Part shown: positions 1 to 10,046 of the stretch, piece after piece
How positions within the stretch are numbered: the first letter of the stretch is position 1
Layout: each line of letters opens with the position of its first letter
Origin: an uncultured Candidatus Saccharibacteria bacterium
Lineage (GTDB): Bacteria > Patescibacteriota > Minisyncoccia > CAIUEV01 > JAHKAQ01
Reading direction: 5' to 3'
NCBI GenBank assembly: GCA_964598205.1
Contig: CAZRBB010000001.1
Coordinates: forward strand, 28,199 to 92,198
DNA length: 64,000 nt
Translations under genes and position numbers: made by a program
Notes under the pieces: generated by a model
Told to the model about the DNA's origin: nothing
The model's database searches: none
What the model saw: only the letters and a program-made list of their open reading frames with translations

Positions 1-1210
1 GTTTGAATGTTTGGTGTTCCTTTTCGTTCTCATTGAGAAGATAAAGCTCCTTGTTAGAATTAATCAGCGCTATTCTTTTGTTGTCGTAAACACTAACTTG
101 GTAAGAAAGGGTTTTGGCGTCTTGGTCTTGATCAATCATGTTTTCCGAAATTTGAACAACTCCTGTTCCTTCTGGATCTGCTTCAAAGATTAAATTACTA
201 GGAGCTTTAACATAGAAAATCTTTCCTCCGGAAAACTCATAACCTTTTACACCTTCTAATACTTTTTGGATTCCCTGTTCTTTAGGAACAAAGGAATAAA
301 GGGTTTCTCCTAACAAAAAAAAGAATCGATCATTGGTTAACCAGCTAAAATTATCAGGAAAAATCGGCTCTGTTTCTATTACCTCTTTTTGTTTGCTTGG
401 TTTTTTGGTTACTACCTTTGGTTTCTGTATTAAAAACGGATCTTCTAGCGGGCTACCAGAGAATGCTGTGAAAGAAAAGGGATCCCCGTTGATTATATTC
501 TTGGAAAGAAATTCCTTGTTTAAATAAATAAAATTTTGCTCGTTAGCTCCATTTTTTTCTAAGTCCTCTATATAAAGAAGATAGTGAAAAAAGGCCTTGC
601 CTTCTTGAACCTTTAATATTGCGCTTTTACTGTCACCAGAAAAAGAAACCTCTTTTAGGAAAAGAGCGTCTTTTCTATTTCTAGGTTCTTCGGCTATTTT
701 TATGGAACTTCCCGTTTTTTCAGAATAAATAAAAATCTTTAAAATTCCCTCTGCTCTACTGGAATAGATTATCTTTTTTCCTCCATCAAATAATTGGTAA
801 AACTCAGGACTAGCAACATCCAAAACTTTTCTAGGGGCATTTTCTTCCGTTAATACAATGTTCCAAAATTCAGTGGCAATTCCCGAATGAATTTGGATTT
901 CTTTTTCCCAAGAAGAAAATCCGGGGCTAGTTATTTTTAATTGGTAAGCTCCTGGTTTAATTCCATTTAGGTTATAGGAATCGTTAATAAGGTCATAGGT
1001 TTTTTTATCTATCTCCTTACCGTTTAGAGAAATATTTACTTTTTTGGGGTTAGATTTTAAGGTAATGGTTCCCGAATGAATCCAAACGCCAGCTTGCCGA
1101 TTAAAGCGATAGCCCAACGCAAAAAAAACAAGCACCACAGAACTTATTAAAAAGGAAATAGTAGAAACTGAGTAAACAAATCTTCTTATTATAGGGATTT
1201 TAGCAAACAT
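1..1210 (-). CDS. Hypothetical membrane-anchored protein with a PEGA-like beta domain. It is partial: the C-terminus lies beyond the window start.
   Basis: Manual translation of the minus strand from ATG at 1210 stays open to position 1, about 400 aa. There is an N-terminal TM helix and a PEGA-like stretch (ISLNGKEIDKKTYDL...GAYQLKITSPGFSSWEKEI). It is absent from the ORF track only because no stop falls in the window. Confidence 0.45.
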   Translation of the reverse strand, partial: MFAKIPIIRRFVYSVSTISFLISSVVLVFFALGYRFNRQAGVWIHSGTITLKSNPKKVNISLNGKEIDKKTYDLINDSYNLNGIKPGAYQLKITSPGFSSWEKEIQIHSGIATEFWNIVLTEENAPRKVLDVASPEFYQLFDGGKKIIYSSRAEGILKIFIYSEKTGSSIKIAEEPRNRKDALFLKEVSFSGDSKSAILKVQEGKAFFHYLLYIEDLEKNGANEQNFIYLNKEFLSKNIINGDPFSFTAFSGSPLEDPFLIQKPKVVTKKPSKQKEVIETEPIFPDNFSWLTNDRFFFLLGETLYSFVPKEQGIQKVLEGVKGYEFSGGKIFYVKAPSNLIFEADPEGTGVVQISENMIDQDQDAKTLSYQVSVYDNKRIALINSNKELYLLNENEKEHQTFK

Positions 1211-2254
1211 TTAGATTTTAAAAATAATTACATCACCGTCAGCCACCACATAATCACGGCCCTCAGTGCGAAGGGCACCACTTTCTCTGGCCTTAGCAAA
1301 AGATCCTAGGCGCGTAAAGTCATTATAGCTTACTACTTCGGCCCTAATAAATTTGTCTTTAAAATCGTTATGGATTCTAGCGCCGGCTTCTGGAGCAGTG
1401 CTATTCTTAGGGATTGTCCAAGCTCGGGATTCGGTTTCTCCAGTGGTAAAAAAGGTAATCAGGTCAAGTTCAGCGTAAGCCTTTTGTGGCAAGGAGGTAA
1501 GATTGCTCTCTAATCCTAATTCTATTGCTTCTTCTGGTGAAAGTAGTAACAGTTCTTCTTCTGTTTTAATATCCAGCTTTAAATGAGAAATGGTATTGAT
1601 TAGAGATTCGGTTTGGGGATGATTTTTTTCAGCGAGATTTAAAAGAAAAAGCGTGGGTTTGGCGGTTAAAAAATGGAGACCTTTCAAGATTTCTTGCTCT
1701 TCCTTACTTAAATCTAAAATGGCAACCGGTTTTCCTTGGTTTAACTGAGCCTCTACTTTTTCCAAAACCGCTAACTCCAAGATTGCTTCCTTATTATTGC
1801 CTCGAGCTTCTTTTTGGGTTTTTACTCTTCTTTTTTGTAGCGTAGCTAGGTCGGCCAGTGCCAACTCGGTGTTAATAATGTCTATATCTTCTTTTGGGGA
1901 ATGGTTTTCTTCTACATGTTTAATATTTTCTGATTCAAAACAGCGGACCACTTGGCAAATCAAATCCACCTCTCTAATGTTGGCTAAGAATTGATTCCCC
2001 AAACCTTCTCCCTTGTGAGCACCCTTAACTAGACCGGCAATATCTACAAATTCAATCACTGCTGGTACAGTTTTTTGCGACTTAGAAATATTGGTCAAGG
2101 TTTTTAATCGTTCGTCGTTAACAGTCACAATTCCCACATTGGGGTTGATTGTACAAAAAGGGTAGTTATTAATATCTACGGGATTTTTAGTTAGCGCCTT
2201 AAACAGAGTTGATTTCCCCACATTAGGCAGGCCAACGATTCCAACAGAAAGCAT
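1211..2254 (-). CDS. ychF: Ribosome-binding ATPase YchF (Obg-family GTPase)
   Basis: Contains GIVGLPNVGKSTLF P-loop, YchF-type G-domain and a C-terminal TGS-like domain; 347 aa. Confidence 0.9.
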   Translation of the reverse strand: MLSVGIVGLPNVGKSTLFKALTKNPVDINNYPFCTINPNVGIVTVNDERLKTLTNISKSQKTVPAVIEFVDIAGLVKGAHKGEGLGNQFLANIREVDLICQVVRCFESENIKHVEENHSPKEDIDIINTELALADLATLQKRRVKTQKEARGNNKEAILELAVLEKVEAQLNQGKPVAILDLSKEEQEILKGLHFLTAKPTLFLLNLAEKNHPQTESLINTISHLKLDIKTEEELLLLSPEEAIELGLESNLTSLPQKAYAELDLITFFTTGETESRAWTIPKNSTAPEAGARIHNDFKDKFIRAEVVSYNDFTRLGSFAKARESGALRTEGRDYVVADGDVIIFKI

Positions 2255-2361
2255 GCTTTGTAATTAGTAATTCAGCTTTTATACTAGGCTTTCGGCTTGT
2301 TTTTGTCTACTCAAAAATGGGGTGCTGTGCTATCTTAAAAGCACATTTAATTAAAACTACT

Positions 2362-3450
2362 ATGCAAATTGTTATTTTGGCCGGCGGCCGCGGGACTCGA
2401 CTTTGGCCATTAAGTCGCACAGGGAAGTCCAAGCAGTTCAACGCTATTACCGGGGAAAAGACCATGCTAGAAATAACACTAAATCGTTTCTTAGGTTCCT
2501 ATCCCAAAGAAAAGATTTTTATTTCTACCACGCCAGAATGTTTGGAAAATGTGACTAAGACTCTTCCCGATTTCCCCCAAGAACAAATCATTGTGGAGCC
2601 AGAAATGCGCGATACTGCCGCCGCCATGGGCTTTGTGGCTGGTTTTCTTTCTCTAAAGAATCCCGACGAACCCTTGGCCTTTATTGCTTCTGATCACCAT
2701 ATTCACAATCAAGCCAAATTTTTAGAAATCCTAAAAGTAGCTGAACAAGAAATTAAAGCCACTGGTAAATTACTAGATGTTGGCATTGTTCCCGAAGGAC
2801 CGTCTACCGCCCTAGGCTATACCCGCATTGGTCAGCGGATAAAGGTAGAAAACGGAGTAGAGATTTTTGAATTTTTAGGCCACAAAGAAAAACCGGAATA
2901 CAAAGTGGCACAAGAATATGTAAAAAGCGGAGAATATTTGTGGCACGGTAACTTTTACATGTGGACTCCGAGCGCCTTTTTAGGGGCCTTTGAAACTTAT
3001 GCTCCAGAAATTTACCAAAAATTAAAAGAGATCGTGGAATTGCTAAAGGCAAAAGCACCGGCCGAAAAAATAAAAAGCATTTACCAAGAGATTCCCAAAG
3101 TAATGATTGATCTTGCCCTTACGGAAAAAATGAACAGTCACGATATTTTGATTATTAAAGGTGAATTCGGCTGGAGCGACATTGGCGGTTGGGATGTATT
3201 GCACAAAAAACTGGCTGTAAAGCAAGACGAGCAAGGAAACTTGGTTAAGGGAGAATGGGTAGGGATAGACACTTCTCAAAGTTTAATCTACTCTTATCCA
3301 GGAAAGCTGGTAGCTACGATCGGTGTGGACGATTTAGTGGTAGTAGACACCCCAGACGCCCTTCTGATCTGCCCCAAAGGTCGATCCCAAGAAGTAAAAA
3401 AGATGGTAGAAGAGATTAAGAAGTTAAGGGACGGCGAAAAGTATTTGTAG
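2362..3450 (+). CDS. Mannose-1-phosphate guanylyltransferase / sugar nucleotidyltransferase
   Basis: MQIVILAGGRGTRLWPLSR nucleotidyltransferase signature. The ORF opens at 2317; the internal Met at 2362 is the likely start. Confidence 0.8.
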   Translation: MQIVILAGGRGTRLWPLSRTGKSKQFNAITGEKTMLEITLNRFLGSYPKEKIFISTTPECLENVTKTLPDFPQEQIIVEPEMRDTAAAMGFVAGFLSLKNPDEPLAFIASDHHIHNQAKFLEILKVAEQEIKATGKLLDVGIVPEGPSTALGYTRIGQRIKVENGVEIFEFLGHKEKPEYKVAQEYVKSGEYLWHGNFYMWTPSAFLGAFETYAPEIYQKLKEIVELLKAKAPAEKIKSIYQEIPKVMIDLALTEKMNSHDILIIKGEFGWSDIGGWDVLHKKLAVKQDEQGNLVKGEWVGIDTSQSLIYSYPGKLVATIGVDDLVVVDTPDALLICPKGRSQEVKKMVEEIKKLRDGEKYL

Positions 3451-3521
3451 AAAAAAATCGTTTAAGCGAGCGGCGCAGGCTTTAACAAAGAAATGCGCTA
3501 ACAAATTGTCCCCAACAAAAA

Positions 3522-3608
3522 GGAGAGATGGCTGAGCGGCCGAAAGCAGCACACTGCTAATGTGCTGACCCCTTAAAAGGTCCGAGGGTTCGAATCCCTC
3601 TCTCTCCG
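3522..3608 (+). tRNA. tRNA-Ser (anticodon GCT)
   Basis: Cloverleaf folded by hand. Acceptor GGAGAGA/TCTCTCC, a 3-bp D stem, anticodon stem GCACA/TGTGC with loop CTGCTAA, long variable arm (class II), T arm GAGGG-TTCGAAT-CCCTC. CCA is not encoded. Confidence 0.85.
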
Positions 3609-3647
3609 CAAGCAAATCAGAAATATAATGTAAGAAAAATTCCCTCC

Positions 3648-4496
3648 CTACATCCCACACAAATCACCTATCTGAGGTTTCCCAAACTTTGAATAAGCAG
3701 AATTTAAAATTCTTTCCTTAAAATTCCAATTACTTTTCCATTTCCTTAAAATTTCTACGCTGTTGTCGTTAGAATAAATTACCAAATCTCCCGGTTCTGC
3801 CTTGGAAAGTGATTGGCCAATCTGAATATTTTCAGCATGTTTTCCTATTCTAAACTTTATTTTTTCTCCGGCACTTTGGGTAATTTTTTGGTGAATGCTT
3901 TTGGTTTTTAGTGTTGAGTTTTCAAAAAGCGCCAAATTGCCAAATCGATCCACATAAGCCAAGGAACATCCTTTTGGTGGATCGGGAATGGAATCGGGAT
4001 CGGCCTCTTGTAGTTTGAGTCCATGATTGGTAGCTAACAGGCGGGGGACATAGCTTGATCGGTGCTGTTCTTTGTCGCCGTTATAAAGACCATTTCCTTG
4101 ATTCGGAAGAAACCATAGCTTCTTTACGGAATCTTTAACGGCGGAGAGTGCGCTCAAGGGAGTGACCACGATTCTAATTTTTTCTTTGAACTCTGCTAGG
4201 TAAAATGGTTCACCATTGGCATTGGCCTTTGTTCGGGGAGCATTGTTAATAAAAAGACCGGTCGATTCGGCTTCTGGATTATCTCGATGCAAACGCAAGG
4301 CCTCTCTTGCAATGTGGTTGTAATACATTTCGGGAACGCCATAAATATCAAAGTGCTGAAGCCCAGGAAAATCCGAACGAATGGCTTCTGCCAAGCGAGC
4401 GGCAACATCTGGAGATTTTAGGGGATTCCAAACGGCGTGTCCTCCATGACAATCGCTAAGAGAGAAAATACGAGACGGATAATGCAGTTTAGGCAT
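3648..4496 (-). CDS. Conserved hypothetical protein; family not recognised, possibly a phosphoesterase-like fold
   Basis: Long ORF 3648..4589. The N-terminal 31 aa look like a non-native extension, so the Met at 4496 (MPKLHYPS...) is the likely start. Contains an SDCHGG motif. Confidence 0.4.
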   Translation of the reverse strand: MPKLHYPSRIFSLSDCHGGHAVWNPLKSPDVAARLAEAIRSDFPGLQHFDIYGVPEMYYNHIAREALRLHRDNPEAESTGLFINNAPRTKANANGEPFYLAEFKEKIRIVVTPLSALSAVKDSVKKLWFLPNQGNGLYNGDKEQHRSSYVPRLLATNHGLKLQEADPDSIPDPPKGCSLAYVDRFGNLALFENSTLKTKSIHQKITQSAGEKIKFRIGKHAENIQIGQSLSKAEPGDLVIYSNDNSVEILRKWKSNWNFKERILNSAYSKFGKPQIGDLCGM

Positions 4497-4691
4497 GTTC
4501 CTTGAATTTAAAAAATAAAAATCCACGAGATTTAGAATTCGTGGAAGAACTAATTTTAATATCAAACGCCAAACATTTACTAACAACATTATACCTTAGC
4601 TAAGAAAAGATTGCGAAAAGAGGGATATTTAGAAAGCGTCCCTGCTTTTTAAAAAGCCTATTACAGCGAGTATGGTTGGAAATAAAGAAAG

Positions 4692-5690
4692 CTAAGAAGC
4701 TGGTGTTTTAGGGTACAGTTTTTTTACATATCCAAGATCAAGATATTCTTTCTGTATGCGGTTGCACACCGTTTTTGTATGTTCGCAATTCTGACATTCT
4801 TTAGTAAGAAAAGATGTTTCCTGAAAAATGCGTGACTTGATATGAGAATATTGATGTTCGTAATCAATCCGCACCCTAAGCTCCTTTTTTAGTAAGGCGT
4901 CTCTACTTGAAAGAAGATGGATGGGGACTTTGGGCATAAGGCAAATAGGCAAATTATAAATCCGCAAAATAATATGTGGATTTGTGAGTATTTTTTGAAT
5001 GAACATAGTACAGTACGGTTCAATATCTTCAAAATTACTTGGCACAGACTCATCTCTTTGTTTCTTTGTTAAACACTCTAAATACAAACCCCTTAACTGA
5101 ACTATAAATATTCTTGGCATCCCATATTCTTCGATAAGTTTTAAAAAGAAATCAGCAATATCTGGTAAAATAGTGTAATTATTTTTCGTAACAGCAAGTA
5201 ATATATAGATCCTTGTTTTACTCAATACACCGGCCTTAAAAGTATTCTTAAATCCCTCAATTTTTAGACGCTCCTTTGCTGAGGGGAATCTAAGGTTGTT
5301 TACCGTGGAAAAAGAAAGTGATAAAGACTTATTAACGAGTGGGCTATTTTTTAATAAGTAGAGAAGTTTTTTGTAATTCTCTTGCTGACTAAAAATCAAG
5401 GAGTTTGTATTGAGAAAGGGCCATGTTCCAATCGCCACCTTATAATAAAAGAAATGCATAAGATCCCAGAATTGAGGATGAATAGATGGCTCTCCTCCGG
5501 ATATAAGAATGCTTCTTATATGATACTTAGCAAAAACATAAAAATAGTTTAATTTTATTTCAGTCAATGTTAAGGATGGGCTTTTATTGAGATGTCTCTT
5601 GTTAAAACAAAAGGAACAATCACTGTTACATGTGTAATTACAATTAAAAACGCCAGCAGCAAAATCGTAGTCTCTTCCTTCTTTTAACAT
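4692..5690 (-). CDS. Radical SAM domain protein (small, Cys-rich C-terminus)
   Basis: CNSDCSFC (CxxxCxxC) cluster followed by ISGGEPS motif. It is a paralog of the CDS at 46804..47739. Confidence 0.7.
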   Translation of the reverse strand: MLKEGRDYDFAAGVFNCNYTCNSDCSFCFNKRHLNKSPSLTLTEIKLNYFYVFAKYHIRSILISGGEPSIHPQFWDLMHFFYYKVAIGTWPFLNTNSLIFSQQENYKKLLYLLKNSPLVNKSLSLSFSTVNNLRFPSAKERLKIEGFKNTFKAGVLSKTRIYILLAVTKNNYTILPDIADFFLKLIEEYGMPRIFIVQLRGLYLECLTKKQRDESVPSNFEDIEPYCTMFIQKILTNPHIILRIYNLPICLMPKVPIHLLSSRDALLKKELRVRIDYEHQYSHIKSRIFQETSFLTKECQNCEHTKTVCNRIQKEYLDLGYVKKLYPKTPAS

Positions 5691-6121
5691 TACGGATTTT
5701 TATAAATATTTTTATTTATTGAGTCCTTAGTGCGCATTATTCTTCTTTAGAGCTAATTAAATTGTGGCAATTTTACATTTAGTGTCTTTTTAAAAATATC
5801 AGCATAGGTTACTAATAATATCGCTACTATAGCATTCTTGCAAGGATCTATCCCAAAGCATTTCATGCCTACCAAGCACAGATTTTAATAAAAAATAATT
5901 CATGGGAATTCTTTTTGTATTTATAATTCTCTCAGTATTAACTTTTGTTAATATTTTAGTACCAATTTCTGATTCAGTCACGATTACCCCTTTACTTGCT
6001 CTAATTACTGACCCCCACAATGCAATCGGCCTAGTTTCTTTTTATTTTGTTTTTAAAAAGACCCGCGAATTTTTTAAAAAAGAAACAGAAGAAAAAAAGA
6101 TTCATAAACTAACTTTTTTCC

Positions 6122-6616
6122 ATGGCAAATTACAAATCATCAACCAAAGAAGGCAAATGTATTTTTTGTGAAATTGTTAAAGGGAATATCCAAACTCCGG
6201 GAATTTTTTGGGAAGATAAAGAGTTTATAGCCTTTTTATCTACCTGGCCAAGTACCGAAGGCTTTACGGTTGTTATTCCTAAGAAGCATTATGGAAGTGA
6301 TGTTTTGGCAATGCCCGACAAAACGCTGCAAAAGTTTATTATTGTAGCTAAAAAAGTTTCTAATATTCTCTTGAATCATTTTAAGGACGTCGGTCGGGTT
6401 GGCTTAATAATGGAAGGAACAGGTATGGATCATGCCCATATTAAGCTCATTCCCATGCATGGAACGGAGCATATGAAGCGGGGAATCTGGAAACAATACC
6501 CATCTGGTCGGTCTGATTATTTTAAAAAATACAAAGGCTATCTTGTTTCTAATGACGGTCCCCAAGCGGATCCAGAAGAACTAAAAAAATTAGCCAAAAA
6601 ACTAAGAAAAGTTTAA
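6122..6616 (+). CDS. HIT-family (histidine triad) hydrolase
   Basis: N-terminal CxxC and a histidine-triad region DHAHIKLIP; 164 aa. The third His of HxHxH appears replaced by Lys. Confidence 0.75.
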   Translation: MANYKSSTKEGKCIFCEIVKGNIQTPGIFWEDKEFIAFLSTWPSTEGFTVVIPKKHYGSDVLAMPDKTLQKFIIVAKKVSNILLNHFKDVGRVGLIMEGTGMDHAHIKLIPMHGTEHMKRGIWKQYPSGRSDYFKKYKGYLVSNDGPQADPEELKKLAKKLRKV

Positions 6617-6832
6617 TAGTGGTTTTTTATAGCTACTATTTCTTGCCCAGAAGGTAAATTGGAGAGTATTGGGTCATGGTTTCGGCGTAGTCGCTAGACC
6701 GAACAATCTTTTCCTCTGGTTTTGTAGTATAATCAATTTAGTTATGAATCCTTTGGCCTTGGCAAAGAAGATCCTTGCGGTAAGTTATTTTTTCCTGGTC
6801 TAATATTCTAAGCAGTAAAAATTATAAGAATC

Positions 6833-7684
6833 ATGGATAACCCTAATAAATTGTCAGACCATTGGAAGAGCATAGCCAGTGCTTGGTCCATTCTAACTAA
6901 TCCGTCGCGTCCATCAGTTGGCGATATGGAAATTTACAAAAAACACCTCCAATCCAAAGGGAAAACAGGTTTAAATATCCTAATCCTTGGCTCAACTCCC
7001 GAATTAAGAGACTTGGCCTTGAGTTATAAGGAGGCAAATGTGGTGATTGTGGACATTAATCCAGAAATGATGTTGGCCATGACTGAATTTATGGAAAACG
7101 ATTCTTCTCGTGAAGTCCAAATAAGATCCAATTGGCTCGCTGCCCCTCTCTGCGAAAACTATTTTGACATAATATTGGCAGATTTTACATTCGAAAATAT
7201 GGCTTTTGAAAATCATCAGGCCTATTTTGATAACATTAGAAAATGGCTTAAAAATGATGGCCTCTATATTAGCCGGATTTTTACTTTTTTAAAAAAGTAT
7301 CAGCCAATGACTATTAGGGACATAGAAGGCTATTGTAAAGAGAAACCTGTTAATAATGAACTTTTATCTTTGTTTTGGGCTATAGCGGTGTTTTTTACGG
7401 GTGATATGATTACTCGAGAAATAAAAGTAGCTGATTTTTTCCAGAAGCTAGAGGAATATCGAGCAGATGTTAACAATCCCGATGTTCCAGCAATCAAATC
7501 TATTCTGGCAATTAACGAAACCGTTTTTCCCAAAGAAAAATCATGGTTTGCTTGGGACGATATAGGATTTAAGGATCTCATTGAGAGTTCAGGTCTTAAA
7601 ATCGTTTCCCAAGAATGCGCCAAAGATGTAAATATGCCGAACGAATACAAAGACTTTGCGCCTATCTTTTTAATTCGGAAATAA
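6833..7684 (+). CDS. Hypothetical protein, possibly a class I SAM-dependent methyltransferase-like fold
   Basis: LNILILGSTPE (motif I-like), VVIVDINPEM and DIILADF stretches in methyltransferase order. This is a weak call. Confidence 0.35.
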   Translation: MDNPNKLSDHWKSIASAWSILTNPSRPSVGDMEIYKKHLQSKGKTGLNILILGSTPELRDLALSYKEANVVIVDINPEMMLAMTEFMENDSSREVQIRSNWLAAPLCENYFDIILADFTFENMAFENHQAYFDNIRKWLKNDGLYISRIFTFLKKYQPMTIRDIEGYCKEKPVNNELLSLFWAIAVFFTGDMITREIKVADFFQKLEEYRADVNNPDVPAIKSILAINETVFPKEKSWFAWDDIGFKDLIESSGLKIVSQECAKDVNMPNEYKDFAPIFLIRK

Positions 7685-7710
7685 TAATAATTTCCCTAAC
7701 TAAACAAAAA

Positions 7711-8337
7711 ATGGGTTTTACTGCGTTTATTGCCGATTACATTACTCAGTTCATTGGATCTACCGGTTATGTAACAGTTTTTTTGGGCATGATCTTGGAA
7801 AGTATGATTTTTCCGATTCCCAGTGAAGCGATTATGCCTTTTGCTGGTTTCCTAATTGCGGAAGGAAAATTTAACTTCCCTTTGGTGATTCTAATAAGCA
7901 CGCTTGGCAGTCTTGCTGGTTCCTTACTTTCTTATTGCATGGGTTATTACGGCGGCCACCCTTTTGTTAATAAATTTGGTAAATATTTTTTAATAGATCA
8001 GGAGGAACTAGACTTTACAGAAAAATTCTTTAAAAAAAATGGTCAAGTTGCCATCTTTATTTGCCGTTTTATCCCTATAATTAGGCATTTAATTTCCCTG
8101 CCAGCCGGCATGGCCAAAATGGATCTTTGGAGATTTTCTGTTCTAACGGTAATTGGTGCTGGTCTTTGGAATACTTTTTTAACGGTTGTTGGTTATCGTT
8201 TGCGCCAGAATTGGGAATTAGTAATAAAATACAGCAAAGTGGTGGACGATTTTATGATCATCTTAATTTTAATCTTGATTGCTCTTTATATTTATCGTCA
8301 TATTCATAAAAAGAGAAAGCTTAAAAAAGCCGAATGA
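7711..8337 (+). CDS. DedA/SNARE-associated family membrane protein
   Basis: Multi-TM protein with the DedA-type reentrant region (FICRFIPIIRHLISLPAGM). The ATG at 7711 is chosen over the long ORF start at 7615. Confidence 0.8.
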   Translation: MGFTAFIADYITQFIGSTGYVTVFLGMILESMIFPIPSEAIMPFAGFLIAEGKFNFPLVILISTLGSLAGSLLSYCMGYYGGHPFVNKFGKYFLIDQEELDFTEKFFKKNGQVAIFICRFIPIIRHLISLPAGMAKMDLWRFSVLTVIGAGLWNTFLTVVGYRLRQNWELVIKYSKVVDDFMIILILILIALYIYRHIHKKRKLKKAE

Positions 8338-8669
8338 TCCCGATAGAATTTTTAAGACAGTTTCGCCTAGGCGGTTACGCCATTTTTGATTTTGCAGTGG
8401 CATTTTTGGGAATTTATTTACTTTCTTTTTTATTATCCAAAATCTTTTTAAAATTCAAGATTGATATCCCTAAAAAGAATTGGTTATTTCTAACTCTACC
8501 AATCGGAATTCTTGCCCACTTAATTATTGGAAGAATGACCCCAATGACCAAAGATTTTGTAGATATCCATGGTCATTACATTTTGAAAATATTGATTTTA
8601 GGCTTATTAATTCTTGGAATAAGAGGTATAAAGATAATTAAGAAAAATAGTCTGATAAAGGAGATTTAA
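8334..8669 (+). CDS. Small hypothetical membrane protein
   Basis: 111 aa with 3 predicted TM segments. Its start overlaps the DedA stop (ATGA). Confidence 0.4.
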   Translation: MIPIEFLRQFRLGGYAIFDFAVAFLGIYLLSFLLSKIFLKFKIDIPKKNWLFLTLPIGILAHLIIGRMTPMTKDFVDIHGHYILKILILGLLILGIRGIKIIKKNSLIKEI

Positions 8670-8715
8670 AAATTGCAGAGACTAAAAAATTATTGGTTAA
8701 ATTATTTTTCAAAGC

Positions 8716-9282
8716 ATGGCTACTAAAATGAAGATAGGAGTCTATGGTTCTGCCGCTGGAAATCTAGATGCCAAAACAAAGAACAAGGCTCAATTAATCG
8801 GAAAAGAAATTGCCAGAAACGGACACGCTTTGGTTACTGGCGGTTGCCCGGGGTTGCCTTATGAAGCGGTATTGGGAGCATTCGAGCTAGAAGGTGAATG
8901 CTGGGGATTTTCTTCGGAAACTAGCTTAAAGGCACATAACAAAGCTGGTCTTCCAATAAAGGGTTTTACCGATTTTGTTTTTATTCCAAAAGACTACGAA
9001 CATGCTAATAACGCTTCTGTTTGTGGAAAATATCGAAATGTATCGTCGGTTGCTTCCGTAGATGCCGCCATTATAATCGGTGGAAGAAGCGGCTCCATGA
9101 ATGAGTTTACAATCGCGTACGATACTGGGAAGGTTATCGGCGTCTTAGAAGGCACCGGAGGTATAACCAAAAGAGCAATCAATGTCTTGTTAGAAGACTC
9201 GGACAAGGAAACTGTTGCTAGGGTAATTTTTGAATCTGATCCCGTAAAATTGGTAGCGCTAATCGTTAGTCAATTATTATGA
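8716..9282 (+). CDS. LOG-family / TIGR00725-like Rossmann-fold nucleotide-binding protein
   Basis: KIGVYGSA...ALVTGGCPGLP...AAIIIGGRSGSMNEF pattern typical of the LOG/SLOG-like lysine-decarboxylase-like family. Confidence 0.65.
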   Translation: MATKMKIGVYGSAAGNLDAKTKNKAQLIGKEIARNGHALVTGGCPGLPYEAVLGAFELEGECWGFSSETSLKAHNKAGLPIKGFTDFVFIPKDYEHANNASVCGKYRNVSSVASVDAAIIIGGRSGSMNEFTIAYDTGKVIGVLEGTGGITKRAINVLLEDSDKETVARVIFESDPVKLVALIVSQLL

Positions 9283-9533
9283 GCTTAATCAAAAGCCTTA
9301 AAGACATTTCAAAATCAAACACGCCGACTGCGAGTGGCAAAGGAGTATCACTCGGAGAGATGATTCGTTCTGGGATTTCCGTTCCTTTCGGCTTTGTGAT
9401 TTTGGCCGAGGCTTTTGCTAAATTTTTTAAAGAAACAGATTTGAATGTAGAAATCGACGCCATTCTTGGCACAGTAGATGTTCAAAAATCCATACAGTGG
9501 AAAATGCTTCTGCCAGAATTCAAGCGCTGGTAA
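9279..9533 (+). pseudogene. Remnant of a PEP-utilising enzyme (phosphoenolpyruvate synthase / pyruvate phosphate dikinase); only the N-terminus survives
   Basis: 84-aa ORF carrying the GKGVSLGEMIRSGISVPFGF signature of the PPDK/PpsA N-terminal ATP-grasp region, then a premature stop. A shifted frame continues with ENASARIQALV (PPDK-like) before more stops. About 500 nt of non-coding DNA follows. Confidence 0.55.
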
Positions 9534-10046
9534 TGTCTTGCTAAGCAGCAGAAGATTTATTAGAAAATGTAAAAAAATGTTGGGCCTCTTTATTTACACC
9601 CAAGGCCATATTTTACAGGTTCGAAAATAATTTAAGTAAAAACAAAATTGTGAATTAATGGAGATTGAGAGGGAGGAAGATAGAAGCTCTCCGATGCTTT
9701 CCAATGTTTCCTACAATTCTTATCCACTTAGTCCAATATTTAAAAAATATATCTTCCAAAAGATTTTAGGGGGAAAGCAATTAATATGGATGGATATGTC
9801 TATGGTTACAAAGAAGATCGTCAGGTATTTTCTAAATTTATAGTTGATAAATTTAGAAAACGATCGTCGTCCTTCCAGTGTAGTTTATTTAGATGCAGCT
9901 AAAATAAAAGAGCTAAACGAATTTTACAGAACCTTGCATAAAAATAAAGAAGTGGGAAAATAAAAGCTAATGCTATTTATGCTATAATACATTTATTGTT
10001 TATAGGGCTTATGCGTAAGTCCTTGTCTAAATAATTCAAAAAAATC

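Noticed and set aside
1-1210. Apparent 1.2 kb ORF-free region at the window start
   Set aside because: Manual translation of the minus strand from ATG 1210 stays open to the window edge. The ORF track omits it because there is no in-window stop, so it is annotated as a partial CDS instead.
5902-6171. 89-aa plus-strand ORF with hydrophobic N-terminus upstream of the HIT gene
   Set aside because: It overlaps the HIT start out of frame and lies in an AT-rich intergenic region. It could be a real small membrane protein, but the support is insufficient.
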